Positions 1 to 12,599 of a DNA stretch of 64,000 bases are shown here, in pieces. Below the pieces are notes generated by a model. It was not told where the DNA came from, ran no database searches, and worked only from the letters and a program-made list of their open reading frames with translations. The stretch is from assembly GCA_002633005.1 (NCBI GenBank), contig NMRA01000132.1, forward strand, positions 124,001 through 188,000. Direction: 5' to 3'. The stretch is from Phoronis australis. Taxonomy: Eukaryota > Animalia > Phoronida. The translations under genes were made by a program, and so were the position numbers. Position 1 is the stretch's first letter. Each line of letters starts with the position of its first letter.

Positions 1-434
1 AGAGAATTATGAGTTTCTGAGTGATTCACTAAGGCTTCGATTAAAATTGACATCTTACCAGCAGCTTCTGTTTTTTCATCATCACAAAGATCAGTGGCGG
101 ATCTACGTTTTCAGTAAGGGGAGGTTTAGGATTCCCGCAAAGGTCGAATCCGAGGCGCGTGGCGCCGAGCGGGGGGTAAACCCCCCTCCCGTGTAAGACA
201 ACTTTTTGTTTTTGTAGCCAAACAGTGAAATTTCCATGCATCCTGGTACGTTTCTGGCACTTAACATGTCCCTGGAGTTTTTCTTAAGATAATTAAAAAC
301 CCTTCTCGATTTCGTCACATGAACTTGGCTCATAAGTTTCGTGAAACCATATTTGTGCACATCAGGGTATGAGTCACACTACCAGCAAAAATTTTTGTTG
401 GAACATCTGCTTACACACCTTTTTAGCATACGAA

Positions 435-486
435 AAAGTGTGGTGTGTACAGGGGTTTAGAAAGTGTGGTGTGTACAGGGGTTTAG
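435..486. repeat. 26-bp tandem duplication (AAAGTGTGGTGTGTACAGGGGTTTAG x2)
   Basis: Two exact adjacent copies. Confidence 0.9.
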
Positions 487-785
487 ACAACTACCAAACG
501 AGGTTTGAAGAGCATAAGGAGCACCCAAGGGGCGTAAAAAATTGAATATCAGATGATCGCAACAGCCTCCAGCTGTTTAAGAATGAAGACCTGTACTGTT
601 AGTCCGGAAATAAACATGCGTTCTGTCTCGTTAAGAGAAAAACTGGCGAACGATGGTGCTCTCAGCTCATAATATATTATTAAAAGCGACAATAAACAAT
701 TAAGTATCACTTTATTAAGCTGAATCACGTTGTCAACAATTGAAAAACGTCAAATGCATCCGGAAACAAATCATCTGAAAACAGT

Positions 786-1118
786 TTCACGAAACCAAAA
801 CACTCTGTAGGCCTACACCGTAATGAAAAGATATACAGGAGTAGTTCGTAGAGGGACCAGATTTACACTGAGAGTACACAAAAACTCTGGCCTGGTCCGT
901 CACGAGACCAAAAGTACTTCTGTGCTTATTATTCCTATAAAAATAGTCGATCTGTCGCGGGACCAAACAGTACTGGCTGATATAAATAGTTTTACACACC
1001 ACACTTTGGTAAAAAACATCACAAGACTAGTTCGCCGAAGGACCAGAAGTACACTGAAACTCGATATCTACACAAATCAAGCTGGCCTGGTCCGTCGTGA
1101 GACCTAAAGCGTACTTTG
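786..1118. repeat. Diverged tandem repeat (about 60-bp subunits, about 190-bp higher unit)
   Basis: CTGGCCTGGTCCGTC..GAGACC.AAAG near 887 and 1082; TAGTTCG...GGACCAGA..TACACTGA near 842 and 1028. Confidence 0.6.
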
Positions 1119-1898
1119 CAAAAAATTTGAATTGAAACTTCTCTCTAGACACATTTTAATCCCCAGTGGTTGCTCATACTTGTATTTTACACTTCTGGTG
1201 GTCAACTGCTGCGAGAGGTTGTCAAGGAAGGGTTTTCGCACCGTTCTGTAGTACTCACTGGAAGAAACAAGTATTGGGTACAGATTTAACTACGCACTAC
1301 GTGAAATAAGATTTTAGATATGAAGCAGATAGACTCATGTGGAAATACAAACCAGAATCAGTTTCTGTGCGCTCGTAGACCCTCTGGTGTACTGGGTAAA
1401 TTTGGCATGTCTAAAAATAATTTCTATTTCGTTTTCATTGTATACAAGCATAAAAAACCGACATTATTACAAAATGTGAATAATTATAACTTATTACCTG
1501 GGCGTTTCTCCAGCAACGTTGGTCTTATCTCCCTGCTGTTGACTGCCGAGGAATCTGTATATCGGATCCAATGATTTGCTTGTCTTAGAACCATTCTACC
1601 CAGACATCTTCGACGTTTGTTCCCAACGCTTGCACTTCGTCAACTGTTGTGTCAATGAGCTTGTCCACCTCTACAATGCAGCATCTCGTTTTGCAGCTCA
1701 GTTGGCACTAAGCCCCCTGAGGTTACCAAGTCCATTCAAAAGACTTACAGCATGCGCAACTAAATTTGTTCCGTTCATCATGGACTACTTCAAACCTTGA
1801 CGATGTATCCCAGGACCCATTTGCATCTCTTGCAATTTTCGAAATAAAACGTCCCAATGTGTGAACGCTTGAAACCCGAAGTACTAACATCAAATATA

Positions 1899-2095
1899 NN
1901 NNNNNNNNNNNNNNNNNNNNNNNNNNNNNNNNNNNNNNNNNNNNNNNNNNNNNNNNNNNNNNNNNNNNNNNNNNNNNNNNNNNNNNNNNNNNNNNNNNNN
2001 NNNNNNNNNNNNNNNNNNNNNNNNNNNNNNNNNNNNNNNNNNNNNNNNNNNNNNNNNNNNNNNNNNNNNNNNNNNNNNNNNNNNNNNNNNNNNNN
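1899..2095. other. Assembly gap
   Basis: Run of N. Confidence 1.
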
Positions 2096-2389
2096 GAGAT
2101 ATCGCGGGCCGGGAGAGCCTATACCCCCCCCCCAAACACTAAAACTGCACACATTTAAATCTTGTTTCATCCGTATAATTTTAATTGGGTGCTTATAACT
2201 GGGATATGTTCAAGAAATGTGAATTGGTTGTGCCTTTTAGGTGAGCATTTTTCTGCAGTTGATGACTTTTGGTTACGTTGTTGCCATGTATTCACACGAA
2301 TAACACACCCGTTAAGCCGACCTCGCGGCTATTAAACATTTCTTCAGAAATTTGTTTCGAAAAGATGATGACAAGGCTAAAAATCGTTC

Positions 2390-2560
2390 ACAGTCCGCCC
2401 TTTTCTTTCTTGTGAAGCTAACCAATGACCGCCGAGATTACATCAACCAGTGATAAAACGAGTCTGCATCTGATACCTGCGTGTCTTCTAGCACCTAGCG
2501 GACACGCAGGGAACCAGCGAGGCTACCGATATGTTTTGTCAACAATAGAGGGCGCTGTGT
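2390..2560 (+). promoter_or_regulatory. Candidate WSB1 proximal promoter (GC box, CCAAT box, CTCF-like site)
   Basis: GTCCGCCC near 2393, CCAAT at 2422 and ATAGAGGGCGCTG near 2546, all 350-500 bp upstream of the inferred ATG at 2898. These are motif matches only. Confidence 0.35.
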
Positions 2561-2897
2561 GTAGTTCCGCAACGAGTTCAAATTCAGGTCAAAACATACC
2601 GACATCTTTTCATGTTTGTAGTCAAGAGTTCTTGTTGATGGTTGCGCAATATTGTATCTACAACTCCTGTAATTGTACTGTTATAGTCGTATAATACCGC
2701 GTTCCGTGTGCTCGTATCAAGGTTTCATCGTGAAACTTTCACAAAGTCTCTCATTCAAGTGTTAAAGAGTTTTTAGTTCTCTGAAAACAATCATCTGCCA
2801 TTTTGCTTGACTTACGTCGCCGCTTTCGTTTCGTTGCTCAACGTTTCGTCAGTCATCAGGCCCTACTGCCGACTTTCAAACAGTTAACTAGAAATCC

Positions 2898-2940
2898 ATG
2901 GCACATGCGCATTTCAGAAATAAGGATCCTGAAGACTTAG
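2898..2940 (+). CDS. WSB1: WSB1-like, first coding exon (MAHAHFRNKDPEDL+G)
   Basis: ATG at 2898 followed by the donor AG|GTGAGT at 2940/2941. The phase-1 end joins in frame to the 6756 exon (G+AA=E). Confidence 0.7.
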
Positions 2941-5900
2941 GTGAGTAGGTCTACTAGTGGTATTAATATGTACAAAATAGGATACAAATAAAAAATATAA
3001 ATATATTAATTGACCTGTATAAAAATTATGTAATCTGGAATATGTGAATACGAGCTGGATTTTGATTAATGCGATCTGAGATTTTGAATGTGTCACAAAT
3101 TGAAACGTGGTGATTTTCATAGCGTCGAGCACTGATGACGAACGCCTTGGTTCATCCAAAAGCTCCATCAATGTCAAATCCCATGCAGTGTCTTTGTATG
3201 CTGAATATCCTGGGTTCAAGTCTTGGCACAGTCAATGTGCCACTTCCAGATCACTTGTCACTGTCAGTCAAAGCTACACCACCGGCACTACACCAGTGCT
3301 AACACTTGCTACATCGAAAGAATATTAACCTGTCTGGTGGAAGGTTTCTTATTCTGATGATCAGTGCATGTTTCTTGAAATAAACAAAAAACAATCTTGC
3401 ATTTTCTTAAGACTCTTAAGTCACCTACATTGTTAGTTAAGGATTAATGAAGTCAGTTTTTAATCACAAAACAGCCGAAGATGCATAAAGAGTACTTTGA
3501 AACTTGAGAAGAATGACTTCAGGTCATCATACATTAACCAGACACTAAATCAATCAATTACCTTTGTCAGTTCTATTTGCAGATTTGGCACAGTAACAGC
3601 ACTGAAAAGTAGGGGCATATTTGTAGTGACCTTAACCTTTGGCTTGTGGCCTTTGTCGGGTTTATTAATTTTAACCTAGGATGAAATGGTCATCGGCTTA
3701 AACCACGATGTACTTGAGCGTATATAGTACTGTAATTTGTTTTTGCACTAGGAACGCTTGCCATGGCACATGTTGTCCCGGTGCAAGTTGCGTTTACAAG
3801 GCATTTAACAAACTGAATGGGCTCGATGTCAATTATACGAAGACAGTCTCCGCATGTTTGGTTAACTGTGGCGAACGTCCAAAACAATGTGATCACCCAT
3901 ATGTACGCTATTCCAGAAGCGCAATTAAAGATGATCCTTTCTGTCTTATCCCTGTTTGTGTTTAGACGTGTAGTCTACACGCTTTTCTGAGTCAGCTTCT
4001 CCGTGTCAAATGTGTTTCGTGTAAAAGTGACTACAAACAGCTATTTTGAGTTCGCACGGAGGTAGAAATAAAATGTCAAAAATATTTTTGACTTCAAAGA
4101 TTAGACCTCAGGCCTAGATTACTGTTTCATTTTGAAAAGTTGAACACTAAAAAACAGCATCCACCACATCACGTTTGTCTAAAGTCTTGTAAGTCCCTCC
4201 CGTGTAACTGAAAACCAACCCTGAATCACAAAACTGTTTAGAATTAGAGCTGGTGAATTTACTTCCGAAAATCTCTGATTATTACATTCGACTATTTCTG
4301 GATGCAAAACTTATTTCAAAAGAAACTCTAGGTTGTACAATTTTATAGATAATATTGTAAAGTGTCTTTTTGGTCCGCTGAACATTGCAAACTTAATTTA
4401 CTCTTGTTTAAAGTCTGATTTTGACTTGTCCTAAATAGCTGTGCTAGGTAGTATATTGTTAACTGTTGGGCAGTTGCCCAGTCATGTGATTTAAAGTGAT
4501 GTTGACCCCATTCTGAGGTGAAATCTTAAACCAAGAATGTTTGTAAGTGCACATGGTAAAATAACTAGTTCACATTTTGTAAACGTTTTAGATAGTGATG
4601 TCACAATTTCAGATGGGGACAAATTTACAGTACGGTAAAATCTCCAATTTCATCCAAAAAGATTTGGAAAAATTGGCCTTGTTAGATTTTGATGGACTTA
4701 TAACATTTTTGTAAATGCCCAATTTTTCAAAAAAAAATTATGGCAGCTGTGTAACAAAGTTTGAACATGAAAAATCTTGTAATTTGGTACTGCATTTATT
4801 AAGTACCTATAAAATGATCAAAGTGAAGGACTTTTAACATATTTGTGAATGCCCAATTTTTCAGAAAAATTCTGGTGACAGCTCTGTATCAGAAATTGAA
4901 CATGAAAAATATTGTAATTTGGTACTACATATTAATTTCATGGAAAAATGATGAAAATAAATTTCCTTTGTTGGAAACATTGTGACCCAAATTTGAGTTA
5001 TATTACCATAGTTGTGGGTACTCACGTGAAAGCAAAGTGACCTCTAATGCCTCGCAGTTCCTTTTATCAAAAATGACTTGTACCACTGGCTGTGCAATCG
5101 TTAGTCTTTTGATAATACCAGTCCCAACATGTAACACTAGAAATTTTCTACTTTGGACAGTCTCTAGAATTTGGGACACGGAAATTCCAGCAAAAAAATG
5201 AATTTTCTCGATTCTGCAATTTGAAGCAAGAACAATTTTGGGTTTCACCATATTTCTCAAATTTCGGACAATGTGTTTTCAATCTACAGAATGTGTAATT
5301 TTGCTTCCTTTCGGTGTTTCGTGAAATTGGGACGGTCAGTGATGTTTATTTCTTGAATTTGGGACAAGCTCCTAGCAAAATAACTGAATTTTCGCTGTCC
5401 AAATGGAAGATTTTTTACCATACTCGAAGCATGTACTTGTACTTGAAGGTCATGCATTTGCCCGTCCTTATGGGGACCTGTGGCACATTTATTTTTTTAA
5501 ATTACCCATACCCCATTTCTGTTCTGTTTGGTTCACTTTCAGCTAGAGTTCTGTGTAGCAGCTGTTACTATGCACAAAAAAATTAAGATAAATGAACCAA
5601 GGTGTCTGGGCAGACTTGTTGTCTGGTACATGTAAATTTAGACAAGCCTAAACTTTTTGTTTCTAGTTCTCATTTGGAAGAAGAACTTTTAATTATTATT
5701 TTGCATTTTAAATGTTTTTAGTTAACAATTGATTTAATTTCTACTTTATGTTGAGCTTTTTTGTTTGTTTTTATTTTTGTTAATATATAAGATTCCTTTT
5801 GTTTTTGTTATTTCCATTGCGTTATTACTCATTATTATATTTTTACTTAAGTTGTTTATCGCTGTGTATATATATATAAACGGAGATATAATGATTCATT

Positions 5901-6755
5901 TTCTGGGCTAATTCTCTGTATCATTTTATGTCTTAAAGTTGTATTGCCATAAAAAATGAACTTGCGAAACCTTCTCAGAAGAGGGACAGATTAGATTGTT
6001 ATGACTAGGGCATGCTATGACAGTGCTCTGAGGGTACCTTTTTACTCACTCATATAGGTTCTTTATGACCAAATAAAAGTCATACCTAGTTCTGTTGGTT
6101 CTGGACTCTGATGGGCTTGTGAAGCTGTGGTATTGTATGACTGCGGCAAGTTTCGAATGTGTTGTGAGGCTCTAGCCACCTGGCAGAAATCTCCTATATG
6201 AATCAGATTTAGCGACAGAAAGATTTAGGGAAAATAATGAGTACAATTTAGTCACTTATAGAACAGCTAAAATGCACTTATTAGAATAATATCTCATGGT
6301 ACAAAACCTTTTTCATAGAAAGTTACCAAAACACTTTAGTATTCATAGCCTAACGCATTGTTTGTGGAAAAGAAGAAAATTATGGATATTCTGGTCCTTG
6401 GGTCAGCGATTTCTGGAGTGTGGATGTTTAGAGTACAGTCCGGATAATTTACCATCCATTCTTCGAGTACTGCTATATTCTTCCCGAAACTGTGAAACAC
6501 CGTCCCAGTGCAGTACGATTCTGAATAAAGCTTACAACCAGAAACACATTAGGAAACCATAACCATGGTCCTGGAGTCAAATGCCAAAATGACGTCAATA
6601 TCTGTTTTTAATTCTACAAAGTATTTCTTGAACATGAGGTGCAATGGTGCGTATATTGGCGCTGTGCAAGATTCATCTACCAAGACTCATTTAACGATTG
6701 TGAATGTAAAAAATGTTAAATACGGTCGAGTATTCCTTTAACTTTTCTGTTTTAG

Positions 6756-6924
6756 AAACAGCCACTCGCATTTGTGAGCTGAAGCCCGAAGACAGCAGAT
6801 TGGGTCAGAAGGCCGGCTGTGAGACATGGAGTGCAGCGTGGTCAGCGGACAATGGCTACTTTGCCTGGTCACAAGGCTGTAGAATAGTGAAGATCCTTCC
6901 GTGGGATGAACGTACAAACAACTT
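6756..6924 (+). CDS. WSB1: WSB1-like exon 2 (ETATRICELKP...CETWSAAWSADNGYFAWSQGCRIVKILPW)
   Basis: Acceptor ttttctgttttag and donor gtgagt. The peptide matches the WSB-family N-terminal motif CExWxxAFxxDGSYFAWSQG. Confidence 0.92.
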
Positions 6925-8486
6925 GTGAGTCACGTGCCAATCCGTTTCTTTTTAAAATGTGTTTTAACAAATCATTTTAGTTTCCTAAATAGTAAAATCA
7001 GCTAAGCAAGATGTTATTTGATTAATGGAAGTATTCCTTATTTTGACTTGTTTTTTTGTGTCAAATAGCACCGCAACAGCCAAAAGAAACTCAAGAAAGC
7101 AGATTTAGTGTCCTTCGTCTGAGTACACAATTATCAAGTTGCTTCGTTCAAGAAACAAAAGCATGTTACTAGATCATAAATGCTCAGGTGGTATCGGATA
7201 TGTTTTCAAGGACGGCATGATTATCATCCAGGAATCGTTCATGAACTGATGTTCAGGGATTGATTATAGTGGATGATTTTCTGATTTCGGCCGAAGTTGA
7301 AAATTGCTCAAAAAGATGTACAGTTTGGTAACAGAAATTCATAAGGAAAATATCTATCATGATACATATTACTGTATTTGGTGTATATTTTCGAGTGTTT
7401 GAAGTAGAATAACCCTTTTAGATGAGATCTTTAAAAGGGTTTGAATCAATACGTGCTTGCTGGACATGATGGAATATCTTTTAGGATTGCCGTTATTCTT
7501 GAATCAGTTTCCAAGTCGGGCACGTGGCCACAAAAGTTTTAGAGTTCTCAGCTGTTTGGATATATTCCTGTAACTGCATTGTAAACTACCATATTTGTCA
7601 TCTAATTCTGAATTTGTATATCAATCTGAGCAAAACAAATTGTTGTTCAAACTGGTAGTAAGTCGTCTCCAGTGGCGTGACAGTAAGCAGGCTTTCAAGC
7701 CCATTTTGTTTGCTTTTTAACCTGGGGAGACTGTTCCAGTTACAGTCTCCCCAGTGTTACCCCTTCTAGATATTACATTTTCGTTGTATTGTTGACACTA
7801 AGGAAACATTATGGAAATGATTTGGTGCCAAAATGGGCCGCAGGTTTTTGCCAGTTTTTATTTTTCATTGGTTTCTAACGTTGTGAATGCCAACAGCTTC
7901 TCAAAACATTGTCCAATAATAATAGTTAAATGTTATTAATACTGGTCCATACTGACATGCTTCATATCTTTGGTGGAAAAAAACGAAAAATAAAATTTCA
8001 GACGTCCACCACGTTGTGTCACAAATTTGTGAGATTTTACTGCAATTTCTGCAAGGTCAAAAATGCGTGAAAAAAACTTCCGAGTCTGTATTTTCACATA
8101 GAATGAAGGTGTTGAAGTACCTTCTTTGCTTTGATGTTAGCTCATATAAACAACAAGGGTATCTCAGTTCATAAGCAGGGCCCATAGCAGGGCCCAATTT
8201 CATCTGGCTCATAAAAGTCAGGTGGGTGTTTTCCTGAACAGACAGTTTGGAGCAACGGCCTGTTGTCTGACTGAAGTAATAAAATCCACAACAAACACAA
8301 GAACACCTAGAAGAATCATGAGTTCTACAGATGAGGACCCTCGTGCTAGGAATGAGAACATTTCAAAATTCATGTCCAAACAGACCATTTTTGGATGTGT
8401 TTAATCTTATAACTTTGTAAATGTTTGTGACTTGTATCTTCAAGCATGAGACGAAGTTTGACTTTAGGAAACCGCACTGAGGTGGT

Positions 8487-8882
8487 GGCGTGTTACAACT
8501 ATTATTAAAATCTATTTGTTTATTTACACCGACCTCTTGTCTATTTACACTGACCTCTTGTCTATTTACACTGACCTCTTGTCTATTTACACTGACCTCT
8601 TGTCTATTTGTGTTGTCACGAGTTCCTCGGACAATATATAATTAAAAAAACCACACCATGAGTGTAGCACATATCCGTGCTCGTTCTTCTAAGAACGCAG
8701 GAACACCTGACGATGGCCGGAGAATAGAGCGACCGAAACGTCGTGACAATGTAAATAGACAAGAGGTCGGTGTAAATAGACCAAGAATTTTTAATGATGG
8801 TTGAGTCGAAGTTAGTGCCCATTTTGACAACTTGGAGTTGATAACCTCCGCTCGCCATCTTTAACATTCATTTTGACACGCC
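8487..8882. mobile_element. MITE-like foldback element with 21-bp subterminal repeats
   Basis: TATTTACAC(C/T)GACCTCTTGTC x4 at 8521-8608, with the inverted copy at about 8750-8780. Outer GGCGTGT.A..A / TTTTGACACGCC are also inverted. Confidence 0.6.
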
Positions 8883-10061
8883 AGCAGGCAATTTCATCTG
8901 TGCAGCCATACGTATGACCATAGATTCACTTTTATACACTTCTCTGAATCTTTTTACCAACGATGAATTGGCCCAGTTGGCAGAGGCGTCTTTACTAGTA
9001 GTCTGTCAATTCAAGCCAGCTCAATTTCTTTCTTTACATCATGATTGACTACACATTCATACTGCTAACAAATATGTAAGGCGCTATATTTGTCCTCAGT
9101 CAGTTCACAGCCCTCCAGTACTGCTTTTATAGTGTTGCATTCCTCAAGGTTAGTGCCTCTAATGACTATGTCATGGCTCAGCAAACCCGGATCTTATAAA
9201 TTTCATAGGAGGCTTACGTATAGCACCAGTTCTATGACCATGTTGGGGGAAGCAATTTTGTTTTGGTGTTTTTGATACCACAAACCAAGTGTTCTATACA
9301 GTGAAAAGTCCCATGCACTGCTGTTCAAACCTGTAAATTTAGTATGTATGTTCATTACATGATACTCTTGTTGGCTGGTTTTCCAGGCTTGGTCCTCCTT
9401 TCCCAGAACATGTATGGGAGTTCAAAAGGATATTGACGGTTTTTTCTGCCCATTTCTAAGATAATTTATTGCGTTTTGATTGGTCAGACTGACTCAACAG
9501 ATCTGCCGGACCTATTTTACCCTGGTTTCAAAATAGTCTCTGTGTTTTAGAAAACAGTGCATTAAACATAATATCTGAAAGTTCATCTGAATCTGATTAG
9601 TCATTCCTGAGCTATAAATGTTCAGAAGATAGCTCAATTTGAAGGTTTTTTTTTGGCCCTAAGGTGGTCGCAATTCCTAGTCCCTCTTTCAGAATTCAGA
9701 TACAGTAGCCTCTAATCTCTCTGTATGATTGGCCTGATTGCTATGATTGCTGAGCCCAGACATTGAGTTAGTTGAATAGTCATGGACATTTGTTTACATA
9801 ACTGAATGACCCATTAGGGCATCCTTAGGAAAAGGTTATCCAATTTGGCATAGTCTCTAGAATTTGGGACCCCGATAAACCAGCGGAAATTGAATTTTCT
9901 TGATTCTGAATTTTGAAAATTTGGGGCACTGGCGATTTTGGCATTCATGGTATGTGTCAGATTTCGGCCATAGCATTTTGCATCAGCAGAGTCTAATTAT
10001 AGACTTGGCAGTTAATCACTGAAAATTGCTCTGATCTCTTTAGGTAAAAAACTATCCTTTA

Positions 10062-12239
10062 CAGGGCTCGACGCTATTAAAATCGCCAGGTCGCATTTTG
10101 CGACTTAGCCAAATCCCAGGTCGCATTTTCAAAATCCAGCTCGCATTCGTAAATGCCAGGTCGTAAAATTTTCCCGCCATTTTTACGCGCCAAAATAGAT
10201 TTTTTAAATCATCGAGAAAATTTTTAGATTATGCTCTTACCTGCAGCGTTAAATACACACAAATTTCGGATCTCAAAATTGACTTCATTCATGCAGGTAC
10301 GGCCTTAGGCCTACTGTTCTTCACGACCGCCATTGAAAGACAAGTTGCCGACGTGAAAGTTGAATCAGTGTTCTCTTACTGACTTGTGCATTCGAGTAGC
10401 TAAATTTGCGATGTGAAAAGGGAGAAAACGCCCGTTGAAAAACTATCCGGGATTTTGTTAGATCTGGCCTGCTACTGGCTGTCATTAAAGTCGTTAACGA
10501 TTCAAACTAACTCGGGTAATGGCGAGTTTGCTCCTCAATACCTTCCAAGTACGGGAAAAATTGGTCAGTCACAAAACGACACGCATGTCACTAGTGTTAA
10601 CTTTCTTTCCGAGGTATAAAACAAAGCCGGGATTTGGTTTTTACATATTGTGAAAAGACGTTTTTGAAAACTGAAGTTGTGTAAAATGAAAGTGACACAC
10701 CATATAAGCTGCGTGTCAATTTTAAACCACACGCGGTCGTTTGTAGTGCGCTATGATGGGCGCTAGCTTGAACTGTGGGCGCTTAATTGGAAATTCTCAA
10801 AATTTAAAGGGGGACTGTTAATAGATCAGTGAGCGCTTATTATGAAACACTTTAAAGGTAGGGAGTAGGCTTGTGCATGAGCATAGTCGTTAAGCTCAGT
10901 GTTTGCGGTAATAAGGTATTAAAACGCTGCAATGGTAAGAAAAGTTATAATAATACGATTATGCGAGGCAAACTCCATCTTGTAGGGGTGACTTTCTGGA
11001 TATCGTTACCACCTACATTGTACCCTTCTTAGCCACCCGGAATGATTTTGTTTTTAACTGCCCGCTTCAGCCGGAACAAGGTTGTTTCTATAGGAGTCTG
11101 AACATTTTACGGCGACGGTAGTTCGGGGAACGAAAAGTTGCCGGGGAGGGGGGATGTATAAAGAGAAGAATGAAAAGTTCGGTAACTTGAACCACAGTTT
11201 CGCAACTAGTGCCAGTTTAGTTGCAATAGCTAGCTACGGGTATAGAATTCAGGGTTTACAGAACATCGACTTCGGGAAACATACATGTAGGAACAGGAAA
11301 ACGTCAGTTCTGGGTTATATCGGTCCTGGACAACGGGTCTTTTATAACCGCTGGGAATCTGAGTTCATTTTCAAATAAACGAGAGCCAGAGCTTTCATTT
11401 AGGACTGTCGCTGTTCTTTGAATTGGTGCGCACGCATGAGTTCACGCACTTGAATCGCTGGAGTAGGCCTAAACTTTACGTTGGCAACAACGTAAGAAAG
11501 ACAAATCATATTTCGGGCACGTAGCCCCAGAAACAAGTAAAGGGTTTGAGAATTTCTTGGCAACTGAAAGTAAAGACGTGACCGTCGTTTGGCGATTAAT
11601 AAGGTTGACATTTTCACTTTGGTTGTCTTAGTACGATAAAAAGGAGAAGCACATCTCAGTCTAAGTCACGATTGTCTGCCGGGACCGCTTGCGCGCGGCG
11701 GTGTCGCAGTGCGATATCAGGGATATTGTTGTGGATATTTGGTTCATGTAATAAGGACATCATATGTGAAAAAATAAACATTTTTGTCCACCACAAAGTT
11801 TGGTAAGTTGGTCACTTAAGAATTAGTAGAAACACCGCTGTTTTGTAAAGTTTTATCACGTGTAAAGCTGTGGCCCGAAACTTTCTTCGGCGAATCCGGG
11901 AATTTACTTAAGTGGCCGAAAGTGTTAGCCAATGAAACGCTTCAAAGATCGATTCTGCATATCCCATGTTCACACGACTTGCTTACAAGTCATCGGGAGG
12001 GCTGTTCTCGGTTAGTGTTCTTTTGAACTTGGATTTGGCAACAACCAAATAACGGTCGGATTAACAAGAGCTGCTTTGTATTTGCCACGTATCTGTTGAG
12101 AAGTGTAAAAACTCAGCTCGCATTCGTTAGAAATTCCAGGTCGTATTTTGCGACTTGATACGAGCTGACAAATATCTCAGCTCGCATTTTCAAATTTCAG
12201 GTCGCAAATGCGACCTGCAGCTCGTTATGTCGAGCCCTG
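10062..12239. mobile_element. 2.2-kb non-autonomous TIR DNA transposon (hAT-like ends)
   Basis: Perfect 11-bp TIR CAGGGCTCGAC / GTCGAGCCCTG. Clustered subterminal CAG(G/C)TCGCATT repeats at both ends. No transposase ORF seen. Confidence 0.8.
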
Positions 12240-12241
12240 CT

Positions 12242-12599
12242 NNNNNNNNNNNNNNNNNNNNNNNNNNNNNNNNNNNNNNNNNNNNNNNNNNNNNNNNNNN
12301 NNNNNNNNNNNNNNNNNNNNNNNNNNNNNNNNNNNNNNNNNNNNNNNNNNNNNNNNNNNNNNNNNNNNNNNNNNNNNNNNNNNNNNNNNNNNNNNNNNNN
12401 NNNNNNNNNNNNNNNNNNNNNNNNNNNNNNNNNNNNNNNNNNNNNNNNNNNNNNNNNNNNNNNNNNNNNNNNNNNNNNNNNNNNNNNNNNNNNNNNNNNN
12501 NNNNNNNNNNNNNNNNNNNNNNNNNNNNNNNNNNNNNNNNNNNNNNNNNNNNNNNNNNNNNNNNNNNNNNNNNNNNNNNNNNNNNNNNNNNNNNNNNNN
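12242..12599. other. Assembly gap between two repeats inside WSB1
   Basis: Run of N flanked by a TIR end on the left and HINE-like interior on the right. Confidence 1.

Noticed and set aside
1790-2198. Long ORFs here and at 12155-12740
   Set aside because: They are artefacts of translating through N runs.
3185-3235. tRNA-like B-box (GGGTTCAAGTC)
   Set aside because: No cloverleaf or A-box can be built. At most it is a decayed SINE head.
3100-4030. RCGTG hypoxia-response-like motifs in WSB1 intron 1
   Set aside because: These are 5-mers at about background frequency, so they are uninformative even though vertebrate WSB1 is hypoxia-responsive.
7069-7187. Possible small WSB1 exon 3 (AG at 7067-7068, AG|GT near 7187)
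   Set aside because: It has stops in all three frames and no WSB similarity. A poison exon cannot be supported without RNA data.
7211-7293. C/D-box snoRNA-like pattern (ATGATTA...CTGA...CTGA) in a WSB1 intron
   Set aside because: The C box is imperfect, the terminal stem is poor and I recognise no rRNA complement.
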